This document shows, piece after piece, positions 1 to 10,534 of a stretch of 64,000 bases of DNA. The notes below the pieces were generated by a model that saw nothing but the letters and a program-made list of their open reading frames with translations, was not told the origin of the DNA and searched no databases. The stretch lies in NCBI GenBank assembly GCA_976226885.1, contig OZ320319.1, forward strand, positions 25,854,001 through 25,918,000, written 5' to 3'. This DNA is from Iphione sp. A-MEVVRFRX5 (lineage: Eukaryota). Numbering within the stretch: the first letter of the stretch is position 1; the number at the start of each line of letters is the position of its first letter. A program made the position numbers and the translations under genes.

Positions 1-351
1 CCTAGGGGATGGTCGCCTCCCCCCATGAACCTTTCCGGGTTTTCAGCTCGCATCTCAGGGCGTTCATCATTCTTCCCCCAGGAGCCTCTTTCTCTCATTG
101 CACGAACTGCAACTTCAGGTGAGCTCCTCGTACCTCCGACCATATTTCTGGTACCTGCAGGGATCTGTATCTCACTCTTCCCTGGGCTGTTTTTGAGTGT
201 CTACGCACCCTCGGGCCGCCCACCTCGCCCTCTCCTGGGACTTTCAGCCATCTTGGTACCTCAGGCTTCCCATGTCACCTACCCTGAACATTTTTCAAGA
301 GCACTTCAAGAGATGGGGGTCTCCCGTTCGCCGATTCGCCGAGGCATCTTT

Positions 352-3300
352 CTATAACCCCTCCTCCTTCGAATCGTCTGTCCCTGCCCTGTCCCCGTCC
401 GTCGGGAGATGGGCTCGCCGCCAACCGACTATCCACCATGGTAGATTCCCACTGCAGTAGCGCTGCAAGCGGTTGCGATGAACTACCTTCGGTCTCGCCT
501 TTCGCGTGCGTTGAACCACATACCGTGCATCGTCCAATCGTTTGACAACCAGCCAGGGTCCAATCCAGGGGAAGTAGGTCTTCGGGCTTTGACCTCTTGG
601 GGGTTGGGCTTCGTGTAGCCAAACGACGTCCCCTTCCCGAAGTTGGGTTCCCTCGACCCTCCGGTCATACGCCCGTCCCTGGGTCTTAGCAGCTCGCTGG
701 AGATGTTGTCGCACGGTCTTGAAAGCGACTTGAAGTCGGCGACTCACTTCAGCTACCCTCTCCGGGAGGGGTCGTTTGTCGGGACAATGTTGCGGGAACC
801 CAGCCCAGGCATGTACCGGTAGCACGACCTCCCGTCCGAACATTAGGAGGTTGGGGGTATACCCCGTGCTAGATTGCGGGGAGGCCCTATATGCCATCAT
901 GAGGTAGGGTAAGGCCTCGTCCCAATTGTCCTGTGTCTCATAGCAGTGCGCTTTCACCATGCGCCCAACAGTGCGGAAACTCCTCTCTATAAATCCATCG
1001 CTCTGTGGGTGACGCGGGGTCGTACGGGTCTTCTTGATTTCCAGAAACTGGCAGAGTGCTGTTAGGACCTCACTGCAGAAGTTCGTGCCCTGATCGCTGT
1101 GGATTTCCAAGAAGCACCCATATCGTGAGATAACTTCCTCCGCAAGGAGCGTAGCCACCCGGCTAGCCTTCTGGTCCGGCATGGCGAAAGCCTCCAACCA
1201 CTTCGTAAAATGGTCACCTACCATCAGTATGTATTTGTTCCCCCTCCGAGTCTCAGGCAGGGGGCCGGCCACATCCATGGACCACCTCTCCATTGGTTCT
1301 CCCGGCAGGTAGGTCACTAATGTCGTTTGGGGCTTGTACGGGTTGACATTCAGCAGGGCGCAATGACAGCGGCGGCAGAAGGCCTCAACCTCTCGCCTCA
1401 TCCCAGGCCAATAATAGGCGAGGGCAATCAGGTAGGTGGTACGATCTGTTGCCAAGTGACTTCCCGTGCGACCTGCATGCACTTCTTCGATGGCTGCATC
1501 TCGTCGGCTGGCGGGGAGTACAACCTGTAGCCTAGACGGCTCATCCCCGATCCCATACCAGCGGCGTTGTAGGAGTCCGTCATGCACCACTAGCCGGTCC
1601 CACTGTCTCCAGAGGGCTTTAGCGCAGGCGGGCAAAGCCGAGACCTTGTCCCACAAGGGCCGGTCGTTCTCGTTCTCTTTCAGCCGCAAGACAGGCCCTA
1701 TTGCCTCGTCTAACAGCTGCTCCCGGCGCAGATCTTGTGAGCAGGCGTCAGTGATTTGACTTCATGTGACCACCCGTACCGTGGCTGATATGGGCTCCTC
1801 TTGCTCCAGGTGAGGCTGTTTGCACTGTCTGCAAATGCGCCGAGAGAGCGCATCTGCGTTCGAATTCAGGCGACCGGCCCGATGCACGAATTGTACTTGG
1901 TACTGGCCGATCCTCTCCAGCCATCTGGCTAGTTGTCCCTCAGGGTCCTTTATCCTCGTCAGCCAGCTCACCGCCCCATTATCGGTGCGTACAGTGACAT
2001 CTTGCCCATACAGGTAGAAATGAAAGTGCTTGAGTGCAGCTACCACGGCCAGCAGTTCCCTTCTCATGACGCAGTACCACCGCTCGGCCTCACTGAGGCT
2101 CCTGCTGAAGTAGGCTAGCACAACTTCTTCGCCCGACTGCTCTTGAGCCAGAACGGCCCCCAGGCCAACATTGCTGGCATCGGTGTCCAGGTAATACCTG
2201 CCTTCTGCATGAGGATAACCAAGGACCGGGCTGGTGCTGAGTGCGCGTTTGAGGCTCTGGAAGGCAGCCTCTTCTTGGGAGCCCCAGGAGAATCTTACTC
2301 GCGAGCTGGTCAGCCGGTTAAGCGGGGCTGCTAGATCGGCGAACTGGGGAACATGTCGGCGATAGTAAGAGCAGATCCCAAGGAAAGCACGGACGTCTGT
2401 CGTGCATCGTGGGGTTGGCCACTCAATGATGTCTTTTGTCTTCACAGGGTCAGTAGCTACTCCTTTTTGCGACACCACATGGCCTAGAAAGCTGACTTCC
2501 TCCAGGAACAACTGACACTTCGTAGGCTTTAGTTTCAGGCCGGCACTGGCGATGCGGCTCAGTACATTGTCCAAGCGACACAAGGTCTCGTCAAAGTCCC
2601 GACCAAATACCAGAATGTCATCCAAGTACACCAGACATTGTTCCCAGGCTAAGCCACGAAGCACAGTGTCCATCAAGCATTCAAACGTGGCCGGAGCATT
2701 CACCAGACCGAATGGCATTACGGTGAACTCATACAGGCCCACCGACGTAGAAAAGGCCGTCTTCTCTTGGTCATCGGGGTGCATTCGTACTTGCCAGTAC
2801 CCCGACGCCAGGTCTAATGAACAGAAATAGCGAGCTCCGGCCAGGGTACTCAATGAGTCGTCAATTCTCGGCAGGGAGTATGCATCGACCTTAGTCTGCT
2901 GGTTGAGCTTTCGATAATCTACGCAGAACCGGGTGGTGCCGTCTTTCTTTCACACCATGACCACTGGGCTGGACCAAGGGCTATTACTCTCCTGTATCAC
3001 CCCCAAAGTCTTCATCTCTTGTACTAGCTCCCGCTCCTCCTTCCGGCGTGTCAGCGGGAGGCGTCTGGGAGGTTGCTTGATGGGGTGGGGGTCGGTCAGG
3101 TAAATTCGGTGTTGAACGATATCGGTCCTCCCCAGGTCCCCCTTTGTCTGAGCAAACACGGCCGCATGTTTCCTGAGCACCTTGGCTAATGCTTCTTGTT
3201 CTTCTTGCTCCAAGCGCGGGGCGGTCTGAGCTAGCAAATTCTTTAACACTGCTTCCACTTCCCTCCGAACGGCACAGACTCTAGCCGAGTACCCTCCTTC

Positions 3301-3987
3301 TTTGTTCTCTAGGCAACTGGCAGGGTAACCCATTGCCACCAGGGTACCCTGCGTCAATGTAACTTCTTGGTTTTGGAGATTCCACAAAGGTAATGCGGTT
3401 CTGACAACACTTCGAATCCCAAAGATCCCTCTTCTCAATTGGTCCTCCTCTACTCCCTCCACTAGGAAGGCATCACCACCCCCATTAGTTAGAGGGACTG
3501 CTATTCCCTCTCCCGGGGGAAGGGTAACGTCATGGGCTAAACGCAAAGGGACCCGCTCTCCCAGAATCTGTCGGGCTCCTATCCCTGGGCCAAATCGAAC
3601 CCTCCCCTGTGCTAAATCTATAACTGCCTGATGTTGGTTGAGGAAATCACTCCCCAGTAGACCCTCTTCCCCAATGTTGGCAATCAGGAAAGGATGAGTG
3701 AACTGTTGGCCCGCTATCTCTACCTCCAGGACCTCCCGGCCCAATGTGGGAATAACGTGCCCCCCTGCCCCAGTAATACGGACATCCCCGCCTTCACCAT
3801 CTAGGCCAGGGACCATCCCCGGGTTAATAATGGAAACTTCAGCCCCCGTGTCAATGAGAAACAAGTATTTGTCACCCCTCACGCTTACCTGCAAATGTGG
3901 CCCCTGGCCTTGTTCCATTATCTGCCCCGTAGGGGTCTGTTCAGCCAAGCCCTCCTGGCCTACTGGGCTGGCTGCTGGGCGTTTCCC
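352..3987 (-). pseudogene. pol: Gypsy pol polyprotein (aspartic protease, RT, RNase H, integrase with GPY/F-like C-terminus), one reading frame broken by TGA at 2950-2952 and 1762-1764
   Basis: ORF pieces 2950-4008, 1762-2853 and 352-1689 share one frame. Motifs: FLIDTGA (PR), YLDD (RT), LDTDAS/RELLAVV/RTDN (RNase H), DVAGP/SDQG/IERSF (integrase DDE), FPWIGPW. Reading through the stops gives PVVMV*KKDGTTRFCVDYRKLN and VRVVT*SQ. Confidence 0.95.
3925..3987 (-). promoter_or_regulatory. Programmed -1 ribosomal frameshift signal at the gag/pol junction (slippery G GGA AAC plus downstream stem/pseudoknot)
   Basis: Heptamer GGGAAAC (plus 3981-3987) is phased X XXY YYZ in the gag frame, and pol is in the -1 frame. 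A 6-nt spacer precedes the stem CAGCCAGCCC / GGGC(T)TGGCTG. Loop GTAGG is complementary to downstream CCTAC. Confidence 0.85.
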
Positions 3988-4811
3988 TGGGTAGGGGCCT
4001 GTGGGCAATCCCGCTTAAAGTGGCCTTGTTGTCCACATTGGTAGCATCCCGTAAATCGCGGTTTCCGAGGTTTTCCCTCCTCCTGGGCTTTCTCTCCTTC
4101 ACGGAACTTGCGTAGTTCCTGCGCAATGATCTCCTCCACTTCCTTCTTCCAGGTCGGAGTGACTGGGGGAGTGGGCGGCTGTTGTACCACATTAACTGTC
4201 TTCGCCCGGAACCGCTCTTGGGTTTCCACCACCTGGATAGCATTGTCAAGGGTGGTGCATTTTGCTTCCAGGCATTTGAGATGCAAGGAGTCTGCCAAGG
4301 CCCTCTGAAAGGCTGCCACGGCTGCCAGTTCCCTGGTCTCCCCGGTTACATCGGGATAAGCTGTGCGAACTAGCCTCCTTACCCGGTCAGCCAGGTCTCG
4401 GATGTCCTCATCCTTCTGTCGTCTCACTCCGGACAGTTTCTGCATCGCTACCACCCGATCCCTGCGTCGGCCGAAGCGCCGCTCCAGGGCTGCCACCCTT
4501 GAGGCGTAATCTCTCTTGTCATCTGCGGGTAGGTCTCCGTAGAACATGCGAGCTGTCCCGGTGAGCGACAAAGTCAGAGCCGAACATTTGGTATCCTCAC
4601 CCCAACGGCATGCGTCCGCCCACTCGGAGAATTGGCCAATCCAGCTGTCCCAATCGACAGTCTTCCCATCAAAGCGCTCGGGTTTCAGGGTGTTCATCTT
4701 CAATGGCTCCTCTGGGGCAATCTCAAAGTGTTCGTCTTCTTCCTCGGCGGGTGCAGGACTAGTCACCCGAATCTGAACCTCATCATCCACTGAGACATAC
4801 GCTGTAGCCAT
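3960..4811 (-). CDS. gag: Gypsy Gag (283 aa) with CCHC zinc knuckle
   Basis: Intact ATG-to-TAG ORF starting 10 nt after the PBS. It has a retrotransposon capsid-like region (KPERFDGK..W..W) and CYQCGQQGHFKRDC. Confidence 0.93.
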   Translation of the reverse strand: MATAYVSVDDEVQIRVTSPAPAEEEDEHFEIAPEEPLKMNTLKPERFDGKTVDWDSWIGQFSEWADACRWGEDTKCSALTLSLTGTARMFYGDLPADDKRDYASRVAALERRFGRRRDRVVAMQKLSGVRRQKDEDIRDLADRVRRLVRTAYPDVTGETRELAAVAAFQRALADSLHLKCLEAKCTTLDNAIQVVETQERFRAKTVNVVQQPPTPPVTPTWKKEVEEIIAQELRKFREGEKAQEEGKPRKPRFTGCYQCGQQGHFKRDCPQAPTQGNAQQPAQ

Positions 4812-4821
4812 CCTGTCTGGG

Positions 4822-4841
4822 GAATCCCACTTCTGACACCA
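4822..4841 (-). promoter_or_regulatory. Primer binding site complementary to the 3' end of tRNA-Leu (CAA/CAG type)
   Basis: Minus strand TGGTGTCAGAAGTGGGATTC lies 1 nt from the LTR end. The plus strand GAATCCCACTTCTGACACCA matches the eukaryotic tRNA-Leu 3' end including CCA as I recall it. Confidence 0.88.
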
Positions 4842-4842
4842 G

Positions 4843-5717
4843 TGTAATAAGCGTGTTTAAATCTCCACTTGGCAGTATCCAGCTATGGCTGCTAGTATCC
4901 TGGCTTAGTTGCCTTACTAGTATTGCTCCACTAGGTGATCCTCGAGTCCACCCTTAAGGTTGCTCCAAGTGGTTTTATGTTCCTATCATTCCCTGAAGAG
5001 ACAAGTGCCACAACGTAATCCAAGTTCAGACTGACTTTATTTGCCACACTGGGCTCTTATTTATAGCAATCCACAGTGTCATGTGATCAGGCCATGTATC
5101 AATGTATGGAATAAAACTGCTACAACATGTCCAGTGTCACTCTGTTCCACCAATCAATGCACAGGCAAAAGCTACAAAGTAGTAGGGGCCTGGATTACCA
5201 GGGCCCAAGGTCACCCCTAACTTTTTCTTTGCCATAAATAACAGTGGTGCCACGGTTCTTTCTTAAGTCCAGCCTTTAGGGTCACAGAGTGCACCTAATC
5301 TAGCCGTGGCACCACGACTTATCTTATTCAACTGTAATACTGAGGTCACTGAGTACATCTTACCAAACTGTGGCACCACGACTCTGTACACTTATTACCA
5401 GTACCAGGGTCACCGAGTACACTACATCTGGCCGTGGCACCACGACTTATCTTATTCAACTGTAATACTGAGGTCACTGAGTACATCTTACCAAACTGTG
5501 GCACCACGACTCTGTACACTTATTACCAGTACCAGGGTCACCGAGTACACTACATCTGGCCGTGGCACCACAACTTATCTTATTCAACTGTAATACTGAG
5601 GTCACTGAGTACATCTTACCAAACTGTGGCACCACGACTCTGTACACTTATTACCAGTACCAGGGTCACCGAGTACACTACATCTGGCCGTGGCACCACG
5701 ACTTATCTTATTCTACA
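4843..5717 (-). repeat. 5' LTR of the Gypsy element (about 875 bp; TGTAG...TTACA on the element strand)
   Basis: TG...CA termini and adjacency to the PBS. TATAAA (5060-5065) and AATAAA (5036-5041) lie on the minus strand. It is homologous to the solo LTR at 54.7-55.4 kb. The outer boundary is inferred from the TGT terminus because the partner LTR is absent. Confidence 0.8.
5303..5713. repeat. 128-bp tandem repeat (3.2 copies) in the U3 part of the LTR, each unit a dimer of related ~62/66-bp sub-units
   Basis: GCCGTGGCACCAC recurs at 5303, 5431, 5559 and 5687. The copies are near-identical (one CG>CA change near 5572). The core GTGGCACCACGACT...GTCAC(T/C)GAGTACA occurs twice per unit. Confidence 0.97.
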
Positions 5718-7964
5718 CTTCTGTTTCTTTCTGTATCTAATTACAACGTATCTCTCGCCCTCCGTCGTTGCATACACCTTCTGCAATCATTATGAGTGAT
5801 GGCACTGTTTGCCTGCATTTCTAAATCGCCTACCGTGTCATAGCCAGTCTTCTTGACGCCCGTTTAAATCCCCTAGATGAAAAGTTTTAACTTGCTCGCC
5901 ACTTAACAGATAATCTATGGTCAATTTATCCTGATGGGTTGTCACATTAACGTAGGGAGATGATCATTTGTTACGAAAGGAATAACCTTTTAAGGCAGGC
6001 CTCTTCAAAATCATTTCCAGATTAATATTGTCTCCACGGATGCTTGTCTGATCAGCTTTGTTAGATCGAAGTCACTGAAGAAAGCCAGGTGAAGGGAATT
6101 GATTGGTAACAGAATAAGCTTCGAATGATAAAAAAAACAGATCGAGGAAAGCATCGTTGGAAAACCTTAGTCTGATGAGTACAGAATATGACCCTAAAAT
6201 CATCCGTCCAAATTGTAATGATGTATAATTCTAAAAACTGGAATAAAATATGAACTATTCTTAGCCCCTTTCCTGACTTCATTATCCATTATTTGTAGTG
6301 TGCGTATCCCCTTCCATCTGAATATGTATGGTGGGCTCCGAATATGAATGTAGTTGTCGATCCCTTTCGCCCTTCCATTTCTCTTCACGTTTTAAATATG
6401 GTCTCTTGTGTTCTTAACTAAACCCTCTCGACGTCGGGACATCTATCTTCATATTTTCTAATCAGGCAGACTTTGGTCCATTGAGCGATGCTGACAAATC
6501 AGGCGTGCGTGCCTAAAAAACAGTCTAAGCAAAATGGTCATGAGAAGGCCACAAATCGACAGCATCGGTTTGAGCAGACCCCTGATTCCCTTGGTAACCA
6601 ATTATCTTGATCTTGTTTTTTTTCGTGTTCCTCAAAGTTGATGAAAATTATCTTGAATTAGCACTGAATGAGAAATTGGGAAAGCGCGAGACTTAAAGGA
6701 AAAGCAGTCGGGTGATTCAAAAAAACACTTTCTCCAAAATGGATTCAGTGGACATTGCCTAAGTGGCTACGGATGAAAAGATAGTAATTCAATAGTGTCC
6801 GTTTATTTGCATCAAAAGTGAAGTGCTTTTCGAGGTGATCAGAAAACAGCAAACGAGCAATGACAACTTCTGAATAGGAGGCATTTTGGCAGTTGCAGTC
6901 AAATCCGAAACCGTTCTCCATAGAAATAATGTTCACTTGGCCAATGAAACGATAAAAGGGGTCGAAAGCCCCTGAGAAACTGCTCCAATTTAAAGGCATA
7001 CCAAAAGGTGGAACGTTCAAGGCTACCTTTCCTGTTTTTTCTTGGGGGGAGGGTGGGGGTGGGGTGGGGGGTTGGGCCAAGATAATCAGCTGGAAAACAC
7101 ACGTATTTGTCGGTTTTGATGTATTGCCTCTGTCAATTAAACGTGAGCATAGAAATTTCTCCTTTTTTTTCTCAGGACAGACAGGACCTAACGCTTGCAG
7201 CCCCTCGAATAGCTCTCCCCTCTAGGAGCAAAGTCTTTGTTTTCCGGGCAGTGTTTACCAGAGGTAGGAAGAGTGCGAGGTAATGATTCCTGCTTCCTGT
7301 AAGGCGCCGGATGTGATGGTTTTCTCGTTAGACCCTCTCCGCTGCCACATTCGGCTGACACTCGGCGTTCACACCAGAAATCTTCCTCGATCGCCTCCGG
7401 CCCATATAAGCACAAATCAGCTGCCCTAACAAATACATTCAAGGGGATAAGGAGTGGGGGGAAGAAGGTCAGCGATGCCGTTCGTGTGCTATTTCGGTAT
7501 TCATCATGATGCGGGCCAAATCGGCCTCCTTTGCTGAGTGGAGAAGAGGGAAGTTCTCATATTTGATCTCTCTGTCAGTCCTACCAAGTGACGAAGCACT
7601 CGAAACTCTTGGCTGCTGAATATAGGGCGGGGAATCACCCTCGCCACAAAACGCTAGCTGAGACTTACACGCGAGGCATGTCATAACTCAGTCAGGTGGG
7701 TCGGCTGGACTCGACAGAGAATTCCCCCCCCCCCCACGCCCCCCACGCCCCCCCCCACGCACCTCATCTTTCTCATAAGCCGGGCTAAAATGGTTTTTGC
7801 TGACGTCATACGTATTACACTTGATTTGATATGGCATTCGTAAGCAACAGACTACTCTTTATGGGGATGTCTGTAGTTCATTTAAACAAGTCTTTAGTCT
7901 AACCCTTTTCCGACTCTTTCCGTATCACATAAGAGAAATGAAGGAAGGGAGGTAGAGAGAAAGG

Positions 7965-7965
7965 G

Positions 7966-7996
<31 letters not shown>

Positions 7997-8030
7997 AAGA
8001 GAGATTAGTTAAAGAAAGAAAGAAAGAAAG
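7965..8030. repeat. (GACA)n and (GAAA)n microsatellites
   Basis: Runs of gacagacagaca and gaaagaaagaaa are directly visible. Confidence 0.9.
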
Positions 8031-10487
8031 TGGACGGCCATTTGGTATATCATACACATGTAGCACCTCTGGTCATAGGGCAACTAGCTCTGCACTAGAG
8101 CTTGTGGCATTGCCGCAAGGTAGCGCTGCTGGCCAGGTGGCGATAACAATATTTGGAGTCCGTGAATCAGTGCCGATCTAGCGGACTAACTCAACTGACA
8201 CGTAGCGACTTCCACAGCTACCTCAGGGCCGAGGCGCAACCAATGTGTCAGATCTCTCGGCGAGCCGAAATCCTCCATCCTGATAGATTATCCGGTACTC
8301 CTTCTTGGGGCCCGATCGATGTGTCAACACATACCTTCATACCTTCAGTTGGGACCCGAAACTGCGGGTGTACTGAATCTCCCCAGCCACTTGAAGTTTC
8401 TGGTGATCCAAATAAGGTGACGGACATCCGTTGTATGAATATATAGGCAGTTTAGCAAATTATAGAATTCGTGATAATGAACCGTAGAAGATACCATACA
8501 CGTACATGGATCCATAAAATATCGCAAATATCGTACTTGCCTTCGGATTTCTATAAATCCCCTTCATGTATAATAATATAGTATCACGCTGAAATCTTTA
8601 ATATTATTTTACTTTTCATGTCAGGGACGTCGCCTTTTAAGCATGAATCAAATTTATTTTAGTTAGTATTACTGTTGAAAAACAGGTCTGAATACATTGT
8701 ACGTTGACGCTTTAAGTGTGGAGAAACCGTATTTCGTAACAACATTTCGAAAGAATATGTGATCATTTTCAGATAACATGAAGCAATTTAACTTCTATGA
8801 TTCTAATGCATCTCCTTGGAGGAGGTATAAGGCAAAGGTAACCAATTGATGCGGTATTGTGGCCTTGCTTCCAAAGCCCTTTTCCATCGCACGAATCACA
8901 TTGATTCCCATGGCGGTTCTGATAGAAAGGTTGGCTGAGTTCATTTATGCCAGCAGTGGAAACAGTCAATATATCACAGTACTGTAAACCCTTTCACACC
9001 ATCTGCCAGGAGAAACGCTATGGGTAAATGTTAACACTGAATACAACTATTCCTTTTCGGGGAGATTTAAAGCGTCCTTATGATATAGAGAGATATTTCT
9101 TAGAGAAAAAAATTATGGTTTGATTTCTGAGTAGACGAATTTTATAGTATAGCATATCTTTCTGTCTCCTCCACGTTACTCAGTCGTCAGCCTGTTATCA
9201 CTTTGAGGTTAATTCAATCCACTGGATCAACCATTCAATGCAACTTTAAATTGTTCCCGCAGATTATTCCTGATCGACCGTAACGATATGTCAGGGAAGA
9301 CCTAACTATTTGTTAACATTCCTCCTTGCTCTTCTCATTCTGTGATCAAGAATACATGGTGCATAGATGTTCTCTGGGAGAATTCTATGATACTTTTCAA
9401 GATTACACCTGAGATTTTATGCAGCCCATGTATAATATATTGATACGTCCCAGTTGGTCATATCTTAAAAGGAGCTTGTAAGGATTAAAGTGACAGAAAT
9501 TAAAGAGAACGAATTGTAACAACCAAGCATATCTGTAAAAATCAAAGAAGAATAGGTCACAGTAGGCAAGGCAGTCGACTGCGTGGACTACCAACAGTTA
9601 AAAGCACATCTGAGCCCAGACGTCATGTCAACTGTCACGTTCTGACAGCGCTCCTTAAGCTAAAAGTGTAGGGAAGGACCGGTCTGACCGGGTAGAGACA
9701 GATTCGGCCAGAGCTGCAGGAAAAGGTCAGAACTTGCTGCAGATCCATTCTTCAGATTGTGGTCTGCTTTGATTCTGAATATGGTCAGGCAATCTGTAGG
9801 CACATCTTAAATTTTAGACAAGGTACCATTCTTCCGCGGACATAGTTAGCGACGATGTCCTCAAGGTATATATTTATCCCTATCTGGATCTTTTGTAAGA
9901 AGATATTTTCTTATTTTACACCGAGTAAATTCAGCTTGGATTTGTGAGGGTACTGGGGCACTTTGAGCATGAAATAGCAAGGGGTTAGGAAGTGTTCAGA
10001 TCTATCTATAGAAGAAAAATGTTTACGGGTCCATATCCGTGGAACACCTCCTGCTGTGTTTATTTTAAATGGTTACATATGTATCCCAGATGTATCTTCA
10101 ACATTGTATCCTATGAGAAATGGATGGGTCTCCATAAGAAAATCTGTCGCCGACGGTTTGGGAAATGGACCCGGGTCTGTATCCTTTTTAAAAGGGACCC
10201 ATGTGAACAGGTTAGTACAATTCCTATAGGACTGATAAAATACATGCATGGGACCGCATCCATTTTCAAATAATACAGATATATGTGAACAGGGCCTTCC
10301 TGTACTGTAGTGATAGCTCATTGAAAGCGGGGAATTTAAATGGTGTATACAGGTACAGATACAGATAATTTTATTAATATCTTAAAAATACATTCAATGT
10401 CTTCCTGTAAACATACCTTTAGCAGAATGTGTGGATATTTTACCTTCGATTGATCTGTAGAAATTGACCTATCTACCTATTTATTAA

Positions 10488-10534
10488 CCCTTGATAATGG
10501 TCAAAGCGCGCCGAAACGTCGGGATTTAAATAAA
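10488..10534 (+). ncRNA. Possible degenerate Penelope-type minimal hammerhead ribozyme relic followed by AATAAA
   Basis: The sequence is CCC TTGATAA TGG..CC GAAAC GTC GGG. Stem I (CCC/GGG), the GG/CC base of stem II and GAAACGTC fit. The core differs from CTGATGA at two positions. No Penelope ORF could be recognised upstream. Confidence 0.3.

Larger units (their letters stand above)
1..5717 (-). mobile_element. Ty3/Gypsy LTR retrotransposon (5' LTR, PBS, gag, pol; 3' LTR lies outside the window); pol inactivated by two nonsense codons
   Basis: Minus-strand domain order is gag-PR-RT-RNaseH-IN, the Gypsy order. The LTR ends TTATTACA and is followed after one nt by a tRNA-Leu PBS. No PPT or 3' LTR is seen before position 1. 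Confidence 0.96.

Noticed and set aside
25-668. Short ORFs on both strands at the window start (25-357, 197-460, 275-622, 483-668)
   Set aside because: They overlap the Gypsy integrase end or 3' UTR in other frames and have no recognisable motifs; they are by-products of GC-rich TE sequence.
4822-4841. tRNA-Leu-like 3' end on the plus strand
   Set aside because: Only 20 nt match and there is no cloverleaf upstream; it is the retrotransposon PBS, not a tRNA gene.
5303-5799. Regular repeats resembling a CRISPR array, and three near-identical ORFs
   Set aside because: The inter-repeat sequences are themselves repeated (no unique spacers), there are no cas genes, and the context is a eukaryotic LTR. 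The ORFs use GTG starts and merely translate the repeat.
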